Shown here: in pieces, positions 47,745-58,782 of the stretch
How positions within the stretch are numbered: position 1 is the stretch's first letter
How the letters are laid out: each line of letters starts with the position of its first letter
The notes under the pieces: model-generated
Told to the model about the DNA's origin: nothing
The model's database searches: none
Seen by the model: only the letters and a program-made list of their open reading frames with translations
Program-made: the position numbers and the translations under genes
DNA from: Alloascoidea hylecoeti
Taxonomy: Eukaryota
Assembly: GCA_001600815.1 (NCBI GenBank)
Contig: BCKZ01000001.1
Span: 912,613-976,612 of the forward strand
Direction of reading: 5' to 3'
Length of the DNA stretch: 64,000 nucleotides

Positions 47745-49595
47745 ATGGAGGAAAATACAACTACTGAAAAAAATACTTCTGAATCTTCTGAATTAAATAC
47801 TTTTGAATCATTCAATCTTGATGCTCGATTATTACAAGCGATCAACCAATTAAAATTTTCTGAACCAACTCCTGTTCAAGCAAAAGCTATACCATTAGCA
47901 TTAAATGCTAAAAAAGATATTATTGCAAGGGCTAAAACAGGTTCTGGTAAAACAGCGGCTTATGCTATTCCTATTATACACAATATATTAGAAGAAAAAA
48001 ATAATTCTACAAATAATTCTTCTGATAAATTTGTTAAAAGTTTAATTTTAGTACCGACTAGAGAATTATCAGAACAAGTTACGAAACTATTTTCAAGTTT
48101 AACTCTATACTGTGGTAAACAAATAAAAATTGCAAATATTGGTGCAAGTACTTCAATTCAAGTTCAACAATCATTATTACAACAAATTCCTGATGTAGTT
48201 ATTTCAACTCCATCTCGAGCATTAACACAAATTAAAAATAATAACTTAGATGTTTCAAAATTAAAATTTTTTGTTATTGATGAAGCGGATTTAGTTGTCT
48301 CTTATGGGCACGGTGATGATTTAACAAATTTATCAACATTATTACCAATTAAAAAAAATTTACAAACTTGGTTATTATCTGCAACTTTAAATGATGAAGT
48401 TTCAAAATTAAAAGAATCATTTTGTAGAAATTGTGTTATATTAAAAGTTGAAAATGATGATGATGATAAAAATAAATTATTACAATATTATGTCAAATGT
48501 AATGAATTGGATAAATTCTTACTTGCTTACGTTATTTTTAAATTACATTTAATTAAAGGTAAAACAATCATATTCGTAAATGATATTGATAGAGGTTATC
48601 GATTGAAATTATTTTTTGAACAATTTGGTATTAAAAGTTGTATATTAAATGCTGAATTACCAATTAGTTCAAGATTACATATTGTTGAAGAATTCAATAA
48701 ACATGTTTATAATTTATTGATTGCAACTGATGAAGCAGATAAATTTGCAAATGATGAGGATGATGACATCAAAGAAGAACCAAAAGATGAAGAAGGTGAT
48801 GTTAAACTATTAGATGTTAAAGAAACATCTAAAGAGGAAGAAGAAGAAGAAGAAACAAAGGAAGAGAAAGAAAAACCTACCACTACAAACAAGAAATCAA
48901 AAAAATCAAAAAAATCAAAAGAATCAAGATATAAAAAAGATTCGGAATATGGTGTTTCGAGAGGAGTTGATTTTAGAAATGTATCATGTGTTTTAAATTT
49001 TGATTTACCATTAACATCGAAATCTTATACTCATAGAATTGGTCGTACAGCAAGAGCTGGTAAATCAGGAACTGCATTATCATTTGTTGTTTCAAAAGAT
49101 CAATGGGGTAAACATAAAGCATCATCACTAGAAACTGCAAAACGTGATGAAAAAATCTTAGCAAGAATTATTAAACAACAGGGTAAAATTGATCAAAAAT
49201 TAGAACCTTATCAATTTGATATGAAACAAGTTGAAGGATTCCGATATCGTATGGAAGATGCTTTTAGAGCGGTTACAAAAGTAGCAATTAAAGAAGCAAG
49301 AATTAAAGAAATTAAAAATGAATTAGTAACAAGTGAAAAATTAAAAAGACATTTTGAAGAAAATCCAACAGATTTATTAAATTTAAGACACGATAAAGAA
49401 TTACATCCTTCAAGAGTTCAACATCATTTAAAAAGAATTCCTGATTATTTAATGCCAAGTGCAGGGTCTGTTAAAAAAAATACAATAACTTCTTTTAGAA
49501 ATTCACAACATAATCGTGTTAGAAAACAAAAATTTACAAAGAGAAAAGGGGGGAAAAAGAGAAGTGATCCTTTAAAATCTTTTAGATCTAGGTAA
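47745..49595 (+). CDS. DBP9: DEAD-box RNA helicase Dbp9/DDX56
   Basis: AKTGSGKT, PTRELS, DEADL, SAT, EYGVSRGVDF, HRIGRTARAG, C-terminal DPLKSF. Confidence 0.95.
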   Translation: MEENTTTEKNTSESSELNTFESFNLDARLLQAINQLKFSEPTPVQAKAIPLALNAKKDIIARAKTGSGKTAAYAIPIIHNILEEKNNSTNNSSDKFVKSLILVPTRELSEQVTKLFSSLTLYCGKQIKIANIGASTSIQVQQSLLQQIPDVVISTPSRALTQIKNNNLDVSKLKFFVIDEADLVVSYGHGDDLTNLSTLLPIKKNLQTWLLSATLNDEVSKLKESFCRNCVILKVENDDDDKNKLLQYYVKCNELDKFLLAYVIFKLHLIKGKTIIFVNDIDRGYRLKLFFEQFGIKSCILNAELPISSRLHIVEEFNKHVYNLLIATDEADKFANDEDDDIKEEPKDEEGDVKLLDVKETSKEEEEEEETKEEKEKPTTTNKKSKKSKKSKESRYKKDSEYGVSRGVDFRNVSCVLNFDLPLTSKSYTHRIGRTARAGKSGTALSFVVSKDQWGKHKASSLETAKRDEKILARIIKQQGKIDQKLEPYQFDMKQVEGFRYRMEDAFRAVTKVAIKEARIKEIKNELVTSEKLKRHFEENPTDLLNLRHDKELHPSRVQHHLKRIPDYLMPSAGSVKKNTITSFRNSQHNRVRKQKFTKRKGGKKRSDPLKSFRSR

Positions 49596-50573
49596 TTGAT
49601 CATTATCTTATGAATTTTATATGTTTATAGAAACATTGTAGTAATATATAATTTAGTTATAATAACTATCAATTTTAAATGAAATATAACAATTTTTACA
49701 TTTTTCTCAATTTCAAAATTCCTAGGCGTTTATTGGCGGTCCTAGTATTTACTTGACCAACAATTTAAAAATCAGTTAATGTAATGTTTAGAATCTTATA
49801 GGCACGCTGATAGTAATTTGTAACTCATCATGGGAGTTATTTTTTTCTTTTTTTTGGTTGTGGCATAGGAAAGTTTCGTCAACCATTTCCACGGTTTCAT
49901 CAATGTTAAAAATATACACAATCTTGGTGAGCACTACCCCTCTAGAATACGGCCCATTCAAGTTTTTTTTTTTTTTTAATAGAATGAGTGATTTGCGGCT
50001 TTGGCACAAGTAGAGCCGATAAGACTCAAACGGTTTAGTTGTGCTTTTTCCTTCACTGTACTTCTTTTTACTTCTTCTGGATTGATATACTTTAGTTTAT
50101 TTTGAAACGAGGGAGTATGTTTTTGAAATCAATGGCTGGTTTCGACATCTATCATATAGTTCCAAGAAGTCAGCTTTCTGTGCTCGGAACTTCTGGCCAG
50201 GGTGACGTAAATTTTCCTCATTATACTTCTAGTAAGCTACCTCTAATTATAAGCAACCAATTAAGAAACCTTCTTGTTCGCAGCCGGTATTAACAGCTTA
50301 ATCGATTCATTTGCATACAAGCTATTTCATCTGTGTTCCAAATGTTCCTTTTAAATAACCAATTTAACAAGTTCAATGTGACATCTCGAGTCATACTGGT
50401 AATTATTCGGCTGATAATTAGTAATAAGAATGGCCAAAAATTAAGTGAAATGGCTGAAATATTAATACTATAGCTACATTTCATAAACCATCAAAATTCC
50501 AAAACATGTACAAATAATAATTAAAATATAAAAAGCCAATTCCCTAATTCAAAATTTTAATGTAATAACTATA

Positions 50574-50578
<5 letters not shown>

Positions 50579-50611
<33 letters not shown>
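50579..50611 (+). repeat. Poly(A) tract, ~33 nt
   Basis: Uninterrupted A run downstream of the She1-like gene. Confidence 0.9.
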
Positions 50612-50613
<2 letters not shown>

Positions 50614-50740
50614 AAAACCTTGAAAAACACATAACATTATAAAAACATTTTTTTTTTTTTTCTTAATAAAGCAACATATAATGATCATATAAATAATTTT
50701 AAAATAGAATCAATCCTTTAATCTCAAATGTTGAATCTAC

Positions 50741-52806
50741 TTAAAAACAATTCCTCCTTTTTGTCTCCTTGGTGTTTGGTAATTTTAAATCCGGTGTTTT
50801 CCCAAATCCTAAAATTCCATGTTCTTTGGTAGAAATACTATTGGTATGTAAATGACTGTTAATAGCTTTGGAAGATTTACTCTTTGGAATAATATCGTTA
50901 TCAGTTTTTCCAGATAAATGAGTTATTGTAACAGATCTTGGAATTTTACTTTTTTTAGGTGTAATTGGAATGTTTTGCAACTGATTATGATTATGATTAT
51001 GATTTGCAATTGATTCATCATTTGGATTTTTTATTGGTGATTTTGTGCTTGTTGAGATTGGTCGTGTTGTTGAATTTTTTTTATTAGCGCCTTCAAAAGG
51101 TGTAATTGAAAGAGAATGATGATAATTAGAATGAACTCGAGATTGTGAGGTTGATTCTGATTTTGATTTTGATTTTGAATGTAAATGAAATGAAGAATTT
51201 TTCATTTGATTTTCTTTAATATCTTCTTTAATTATAAATTCAGGCTTAGTTGCATCTTTTACTTTTTTAACACTCATACATGATTTTGAATTTATCATTC
51301 CATGACCAATTGATTTCGAAATTGAACTATCATATTGTTCTTTTAATGGTTTTGATTGTTTTAAATCTGAACCATTTCTAGTGGAAGTAGTAGTGATATT
51401 AAACCTTTGAGATTTTGGATCTAATGTACGATTTTCTTTTGCTGATTCTAATGTTGGAAGGTGTTTTGATTTGGTATTCGAAATATTATTAAAGTTGGAT
51501 CTTTGATGCGATTGAGAACTAGACTTTTGGTGTGATTTCAATTGTGATCGAGAACTAAAATTTCCAGCTGATTTGTCTTTCTCAGTATTAGAAACATTAT
51601 TATTATTATTATTATTATTATTAACCCTTGGTTTACTTGGTGATCTAGTTATTGAAAGAGAATTATGATAATCACTATTATTAACACGTAATGAATGAAT
51701 ATCATTTTGTGTTTTAGAACGTGGAATAGGTGATACTTCATTCATATTATTATTATTATAATTATTAACACCAATTGAATATTTTGAAGTTGATCTTGGA
51801 ATAAATGATGAAGATTTATCATGGATTGATAATTTTTTTGTAGTTGGTGATTTAATTAAAGTACTAGGATGATATTGATTATGATCATTATTGTTTGATG
51901 ATGAGACATTATTTGATGGATTTTTAGATCTAGAATTAAAATTCAATGTTGACACTTTTTCAAAATTTTCATGACCGAATTCTTTAGAAATTTGTAACGT
52001 ATGATGAGCACTTTTTGATTTTAAGTTTCCAGATGAAATGAATGGAGTTGTTATATTTGATTTTGATCTCATATGAGTAGTTTTAAGTGGTCGTAAATCA
52101 ATTAAATTGTCAGTGTGAATTTTTTTGGGAGAGAGAGAAAAACATGATTTGTGTGAATGAGTAGGTTTAGTATTATCAAAGATTTCAGTTATTTGATTAT
52201 AACCAGTTTTTCTTCTTTTTGTTGCAGAAGAAAGATGAGTTGTTGGGTCTCTTTTGACAGAAGGAGATCCAAAGAGAGTACCTTCAGTAATTGTTAAATC
52301 GTTATCATCCGACGCGTCATCTTCATTTAAATATCTTCTAGCAGGTGTAATACTCGAAGGTAGTTTTGGGGTTGAAGGAGTAATTTTAGGAGTTTGTGTT
52401 GGAATTCTTGAAGTTGTTGTTTTCGACGGAGATGATCTTTTGTTTGGGCGAGAAGGAGATCTTGAGTATAAATGTCTTGATTTTCTTGTAGCGGCCGTTA
52501 CACTGTAGTGAGTCGATATTGATTTCATACGATCGAACTCCTTCTGATGAGCGGAGAAGAATCTTGGATCGTTTTTCGATTGGGATTTGGCAGGAGAGGA
52601 AGATAGAGTCGGCAAAATCCCTACGGTTATTGTCAGCGAGCAACATCTCAGTAGCTTTGGATGGAATACTTACGGGTCGCTCTTTCATTCAATTCTTCTA
52701 TAATACTCTTACTCAGGGAGTCGGTAAAGCCCAAATCGGATAACTTTTCGTCGAAAGTCAAGAAGCCTCGCCGAGAATCGTGGCCGCGAGAATCGTGGTC
52801 CCCCAT
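50741..52806 (-). CDS. SHE1: She1-like microtubule-associated protein (~670 aa). Exons 52806-52674 and 52620-50741
   Basis: Intron 52621-52673 GTAAGT...GCTGAC...TAG joins LGFTDSLSKSIIEELNERAT-R to FFSAHQKEFDRMKSISTHY, matching the two N-terminal blocks of S. cerevisiae She1 as recalled; remainder basic and S/T/P/N-rich. Confidence 0.7.
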
Positions 52807-52825
52807 TGTGGTTGTTTTTTTGTTG

Positions 52826-52878
52826 TATTTATACTTATACTTATACTTATATTTATACTTATATTTATACTTATATTT
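52826..52878. repeat. (TTATAY)n hexamer microsatellite between fRMsr and She1-like genes
   Basis: ttatacttatacttatacttatatttatacttatatttatacttatattt. Confidence 0.9.
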
Positions 52879-52905
52879 AATTTGTGGTTGGCGCAGCAAC
52901 GCCGG

Positions 52906-53544
52906 TCAAAAGTCAAAACGGCAGCTCTCACCGATCAGGGCCGCCAGCGCTTCCAAGTACTGTTGGTCCAGCACCCCAAAGCCGTCCCGCTTCGCGCAGT
53001 CCACGTCGAGGACTCCGACCGTTTTCCCCCCAACGACGACCGGAACCACGATCTCGCTCAGCGTGTCTCCGTCGCACGCGATGTGGCCCGGAAACGACGC
53101 GACGTCTCCGACCAGCTGGGTTTGCTGTGTTAATGCTGCGGCTCCGCACACCCCCTTGCCAAACTTGATGGTCTGGCAGGCCACGTTCCCATGAAACGGC
53201 CCTAAAATCAGTTCCTTGTCCCCGTCGTTGGCAGAGTTAAACGTGCCCGACGTGGTTACATAAAATCCGCTCCAGTTCACAGAACAGCTGGGCTCGCCCA
53301 ACGACTTGTAAGCGTGCCACAACAATGACGCTGCGTTTGCTAAATTTGCTACCCAGTTGTCTTGGTCCGAAGACAAGGCTTTATATGCTTCGATCAACTG
53401 CGCTAAAACTTCTTGTTTGGAATTGGTGCTGCAGTCGGTGCCTTGAAACCTACTATAGTCCGCGTGGTGTTTTTCCGAACCCTCCACATATCTTTAGTAC
53501 CACAAAACATATACAATCACTCAAAAGTATCGTACACATACCAT
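52906..53544 (-). CDS. Free methionine-R-sulfoxide reductase (GAF domain, YKL069W-like). Predicted exons 53544-53542 (ATG) and 53481-52906
   Basis: NWVANLANAASLLW, VNWSGFY, LILGPFHG.VAC, GKGVCG, FPGHIACD..T.SEIVVP; ATG|GTATGT donor gives MGSEKHHADY. Confidence 0.9.
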
Positions 53545-53683
53545 TATTAGTTATATCCGTGAAAAGAAAATGTTTGGTGTTTGATATTTGATATTTGATA
53601 TGTGGTATTCGTCAATACCACGTGACCCGTATTTGCCTATTCGGGCGCTAATTGTATCTATCATCATCACCTTCTCAGCATAC

Positions 53684-56284
53684 ATGAGTAACCTTGGAAT
53701 AGAAAATTACGAAACCACTTTCATTCCTCCTTTTTCACCTCCTTCATATCCTGTTGATCCTTTAATTGACGTTCCTGGTGTTAGACAACAAGATGCTGAT
53801 CATAATATAAAAGTTGATAAATTAATAGAATCTCTTGGTCTAAAAAGAGTAAAGATTATTAATAGTACTACACAAGATGAAAACATGAATCTTATAAGGT
53901 ATATAGATCACGATAATAACAATAATAATCTGGATCAACTTAACACCCCTGAATCAGATCTTAATCCAATAAATGGTATTGACTCAGATGTTGATGTTGA
54001 TGTTGATGTTGATATTAATGATTATTCGGATGATCACGAATCTTTTGATTCTTTAGATTTAAACAGACACAGGTACAGACACAGGCTTAGACTTGATAAT
54101 GATCATTATTATAGAAGTCATTCAAATGTTTTTTTAATTAATCGTTCATATTTTCCACCTAGTCGTTCAGGAATTTCAAATTGGAGTTTATATTATAATG
54201 ATACATATTCAATTACAAATGTTGATTTGTTTTCATTAAGCGATGAAGAAAGTGAATTTGAATATATTATTGATGATGATTCAGAAATTTCAAATTCAAG
54301 CTCAAATTCAAATTCAAATTCAAATTCAAGCTCAAGTTCAACTTCAACTTCAAATTTAATTCCTGATTCTGATTCTGATTCTGATTCTGATTCTGATTCT
54401 GATTCTGATTCTGAATTAGAAGATAATCCAAATTATGAAAAAAAGGAACCAGATGTTTCAAATATTACAAATTGGTTAGAACCATCAAATTTAGATTCAT
54501 GGGCTTTAAAAAATCAACCATCTGAAAAATTCAATGATTCATTAATTGCAACTTTTATTGAAACAACTAAATTTACTTTAGGTTATACTTTACCATATAA
54601 ATCTAATCTTTTAGGATTTAGTAAGAAATTAAATGTTTTATTTTCAGCTGTTGCAAGTAAAATTTATTTATTCAAATTAAATGAAAATGATATACCTCAG
54701 AAAAGATCTTTTTTCTATTGGAATACAGAACCATCAGAAACAAATGATCACGATAGATTTGCAGCTACAATTAGAAATTTCCCACATACTATAAATCAAT
54801 TAAAAATTGTTAATTTTTTAAATGAAGAAATGTTAATTGTTGTTGTTGATGATGGGAAGGTTTATTTATGGAAAACTTTAGATATTAAAAGAAATATTTC
54901 GCTTTTAAAATTTGATGATAATAATCATTTAAATAATCAACTTAATGTTATATATACTAACGAACAAATTATACCATTTCATACTTTTAAACATCATGAT
55001 TCAGTATGGGGTATAGATGTTGATAATTCAAGAAATTTAATTGCAATTTCAGATAATTCAAAAACCATAACAATTTATTATTACAGTAAAGAGCATGATG
55101 CAAATATTTTTTATAGAGTTAAAACTCATGAAATTGCACATAATATACCTGATATTTCATTTATACTAGAAGAACAAAAAAATGAATCAATACCTATTGA
55201 AGAACAACTACAAATAATCATTTTAATTTCTGCCGTTTCTATATCAGGAGAAGTATTAATTTTTAAATTTTTAATGCACAAAGTTTCTGGTCCTTTATAT
55301 CCTACTACTGAAATGACTTCAAGTAGTATAGATAATACATTTAAAAGAGTCATTTTTTCAAAACCAGTAGTCATAAGTAGAGATTTATTAAATGATGAAT
55401 GTTGGACAGTTAATTTTATATTAGAAGATTATTTTCATCCTGTATCATCAATTAAATCATTAGTTGGTGATTTTAAAATAAAAGAATCAAATTTTTTAAA
55501 AAAAATTAAAGAACAAAATAAAATTATGAATTTAAAAATTGATTCAAATATTACAAATAATTTAGGTTTTGCTTCAAAATTTCAATATTTTAATGTTCCA
55601 ACTGTTTCTTCAACAATTTCAACAGAAACTATTAATAATAATAATAATAAAAATCAATCATTTAGAGAAAAAAGAAATAATGCAAGAAGGATTAAAAAAT
55701 TATTTGATGATTATTATATAAAAACTCAAAGATCTAAAAATCCAAATACAATTAAACCAATTGCTCCATTAAATCGACAATTTGGTCAAAATATTTGGGA
55801 ACCAATACCAATAACAAGTTTTAATAATCAATTTTTAATTTGTTCATCAGATAAATCATTAGGTTTATTTACAGTTAATAAATTAATTTGTAATGCAAAA
55901 TGTGAATCAATTTTTAAAGATTTAATTGATGATTCAAATGATCAAAGACAACAAAATCGATTACAAATTACATTATTAATACCTGAATTATCATGTATTT
56001 TAGTAACTACTCAATATGGTATGATTAGTGTTTTCAGATTAACTACATTTAATGGATTATTTGGTTTTAGACAAGAATTATTATTTCCAAATTTAAAATT
56101 CTTTACATTAAACGAAAGAAATTTAAGGACAATTATTGGAATTACTGCTAAAAGATTAAATAATGATGGAGATAGAAAAATTAGATATATGATTTATGTT
56201 ACTTATATTGATCAAGTCGTTTTAATTTATGAATTATGTAATAGAGATGATGATTTACTTGATATTGAAAAAATTGTTATATAA
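53684..56284 (+). CDS. CRT10: Crt10-like WD40 protein (probable start 53684)
   Basis: PHTINQLKI..FLNEEMLIV..DDG, SVWGID, AISDNS, HNIPDISF, NRLQI...IPELSC; acidic SD repeat at 54363-54413. Confidence 0.8.
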   Translation: MSNLGIENYETTFIPPFSPPSYPVDPLIDVPGVRQQDADHNIKVDKLIESLGLKRVKIINSTTQDENMNLIRYIDHDNNNNNLDQLNTPESDLNPINGIDSDVDVDVDVDINDYSDDHESFDSLDLNRHRYRHRLRLDNDHYYRSHSNVFLINRSYFPPSRSGISNWSLYYNDTYSITNVDLFSLSDEESEFEYIIDDDSEISNSSSNSNSNSNSSSSSTSTSNLIPDSDSDSDSDSDSDSDSELEDNPNYEKKEPDVSNITNWLEPSNLDSWALKNQPSEKFNDSLIATFIETTKFTLGYTLPYKSNLLGFSKKLNVLFSAVASKIYLFKLNENDIPQKRSFFYWNTEPSETNDHDRFAATIRNFPHTINQLKIVNFLNEEMLIVVVDDGKVYLWKTLDIKRNISLLKFDDNNHLNNQLNVIYTNEQIIPFHTFKHHDSVWGIDVDNSRNLIAISDNSKTITIYYYSKEHDANIFYRVKTHEIAHNIPDISFILEEQKNESIPIEEQLQIIILISAVSISGEVLIFKFLMHKVSGPLYPTTEMTSSSIDNTFKRVIFSKPVVISRDLLNDECWTVNFILEDYFHPVSSIKSLVGDFKIKESNFLKKIKEQNKIMNLKIDSNITNNLGFASKFQYFNVPTVSSTISTETINNNNNKNQSFREKRNNARRIKKLFDDYYIKTQRSKNPNTIKPIAPLNRQFGQNIWEPIPITSFNNQFLICSSDKSLGLFTVNKLICNAKCESIFKDLIDDSNDQRQQNRLQITLLIPELSCILVTTQYGMISVFRLTTFNGLFGFRQELLFPNLKFFTLNERNLRTIIGITAKRLNNDGDRKIRYMIYVTYIDQVVLIYELCNRDDDLLDIEKIVI

Positions 56285-56439
56285 ATTTATAAAAAAGTCT
56301 GTTTATTGCTATGAAAGAATATTTGTAAAATTGAATAAAAATTGTTTTACCTACTAGTGTTAAAAAAAAAGCTATTAATTAAAAATATTATTAACTGCTC
56401 CTAAATTTATACAGCAGCTGGGTAAAGAATTATAGTTGA

Positions 56440-57285
56440 TGGCTTTTTTTTTTTTGACACCCTTCAAAAACAAAACCCTTCCTTTTAAATATTACATAAA
56501 ATGGCAAAAAAATACACTAACAATTTTTCTAATATAACACCTCTTCCAACAAAAGGGAGTAAATCGATTTCTGATTTCTGAGGGTTGTAAAAACCTTCCC
56601 CTTGAATGCGTTTGAGAAGCTAGCTTCAAAGTTCAACATTTGATAATCAGTAAGGACCCTTCAGTAAAAACATGAATATGAAATATTTTTGACATGTAAA
56701 AAGGCCTTCTCTGAATGCGAAGAAGTAATGGAACAGAATGATAAATAAATATATATTGGAGTGGTCTCAGGGCGTTTGGGATGATATTGTATTTAGTGAC
56801 GACAGTTATGTCGTAACAGGATCCGAATCTGAAAAAGTATATAATCGACAACAGTCACACTAAGCGTTTGAACCTCAAGATATTTATAGCATACGAAGGT
56901 CGGGATTTGTAAAACTTATGATATGGACTGAATATTTGAAAGGAAGCCGTGCTTAACTGTAATTGTAAGCCTTAGAGAGTGGTTGGGGATCCTAATGGGA
57001 CCACCCTACGTTTCTACATAGAACTTCTGCAAGAAGCCTTTGATAAAGATTCCTGAGAGTCTCATATTCAAGCAAGATATAAAACGGTATTAACACCCGA
57101 TCCCATGAAACTAGGATCACGCTGAATTGGGTTCGTAAAGTAGTGCGTAGTGTTCTGTAGATACTAGTGATTCCATTAGACTATATAAATTTGCAGATGA
57201 CATTTTAAATTTGGTGTTTGGCATTGGCTATAATAAAAAAATACCTTGTTTTTTGGAGGGTGGTCTGAAAACAAAACGCAGGATC
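56440..57285 (+). mobile_element. Decayed Tc1/mariner element with remnant terminal inverted repeats
   Basis: Plus-strand reading KRPSLNAKK*...LEWSQGVWDDIVFSDDSY...FEPQDI..RRSG.VKLMIW...FYIELL...LIFKQD (first and second catalytic D regions); 56456-56473 GACACCCTTCAAAAACAA is inverted with 57246-57265 TTGTTTTTTGGAGGGTGGTC. Confidence 0.8.
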
Positions 57286-58782
57286 CCTTTTATCCTCTGA
57301 CTTAAGGTTCATAACGTATGCCAAATGTCAAAGGGTATTATTGCATTAATACGGCAATTGTGGTTGGCACTAAACTATAACTCTAATATTTCCTTATCGG
57401 CTCACTCTCTCACTTAATTTTTTAGTAAGCCAATAGATATATTTTATGATTCATGATCAGTATTTGATTTTAAAATCGTTAATATTTTCCAAAGTATCCG
57501 GGTCCCGACCAATAAGGTAACATCCTTTTGCGAATGATAACGGCATATATGTATGATATAAAGTTATCACCGGTATGTTCTTTTATGTACAATTCTGTTG
57601 GGCAATCATTATAAATTTGAAATGCTTGTAGCCTCGTACACGTATTGGTATTGATAAGGGTTATCAAATTAAATATATTGACCTGAAATTAAAGCCGAAA
57701 TACACTTTCTTATCTAATTATTAAGTTATAAAATTGAAATTGACGATGAATTAAACGAATAAATATTTCCGTACGTGGCCTAGATTAATAATAAAAAACG
57801 TGTTTCCTTTGTTTGATGATCTTTTTACCTTTAAAATTTAATTTTAATTATGATCAATCGCATCAATTGGTTATTAGTCATATATGAAATACATTTTGAT
57901 GACTTGGTATAATCAAATAGTTGATTTTCATGATGTTACAATACACCAATTTGAGATCACCGTAAGCGGTTGATAATAAACATTGAAAGTCCATTTTGGA
58001 TGCATTTTGGATGCATTTTTGATCCATTCTCATCGAATTTATGACACATTTAATACGTCTGGGGTAAGCCTAAGATTGTAAGATGACTTTTCGGGTAACT
58101 TATCCACAAATGCACTTAACCGACATGATTTAAGTATATAAATAGAAATACCTAAGTGGAATACTCGTCAGCTTATACTTATAATTTTGGACAGAGGGGT
58201 GAAAGATATAATAAAATTTGAAAAAAAGTCAGGGCAAAAAGTCAGGGTATTTTCTATTTTTCACATTTTCATTGGAACGTTGCATTCGAAGTCAGATTCT
58301 TACATAATAAATGTCACTTCATTAACATTCTGCTTCACAATAATGGCATGAAAATGGTTGATTATGAACTACAATCATTATTTACTTCTAGACTTAAGTA
58401 TTTAACAATGAAAAATCCAGAATATTTTTAATGTTGATTGATTCTTTATCTCCCACGTGACCGAACATTGCCGGATCCGGCACGTCTGCATGCCTACAGA
58501 AACGGAGAAAATTGGTGTTTCCTGGAAAAGAGAACGCGCGCATGCATTTAACTTGCATATACTAGCATATTTCTGCAGTTCCTCTTTTTTAGTAAAAATG
58601 TTTTTGTCCGCCCAAAATATGTTAAACTTTTATTTTTCTCTTTTTATTTGCATTTTCACTTTCACCTCCACTTTTTATCCATTTCCTCATTTTCTGTTCT
58701 TCCATTTCTCTTCCATTTTTGATATTTATCCCGTTTTGTCATTTTCACTGTCGACGACGATAATATTATTGTTAAGACACAA

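Noticed and set aside
53100..53220. CUG codon reassignment (Ser/Ala clades)
   Set aside because: CTG occurs at conserved Leu positions of fRMsr (E-L-ILGP, TQ-L-V), supporting the standard code.
52906..53487. Horizontal transfer of fRMsr from bacteria because of high GC
   Set aside because: The protein has fungal-type features (HHAD N-terminus, WVANLANAASLLW), an apparent spliceosomal intron, and the GC peak extends into the neighbouring gene.
52386..53591. Cluster of overlapping short ORFs (e.g. 52661-53194 +, 52780-53133 +, 52386-52688 -)
   Set aside because: Shadow frames caused by local high GC and the hexamer microsatellite; explained by the She1-like and fRMsr genes.
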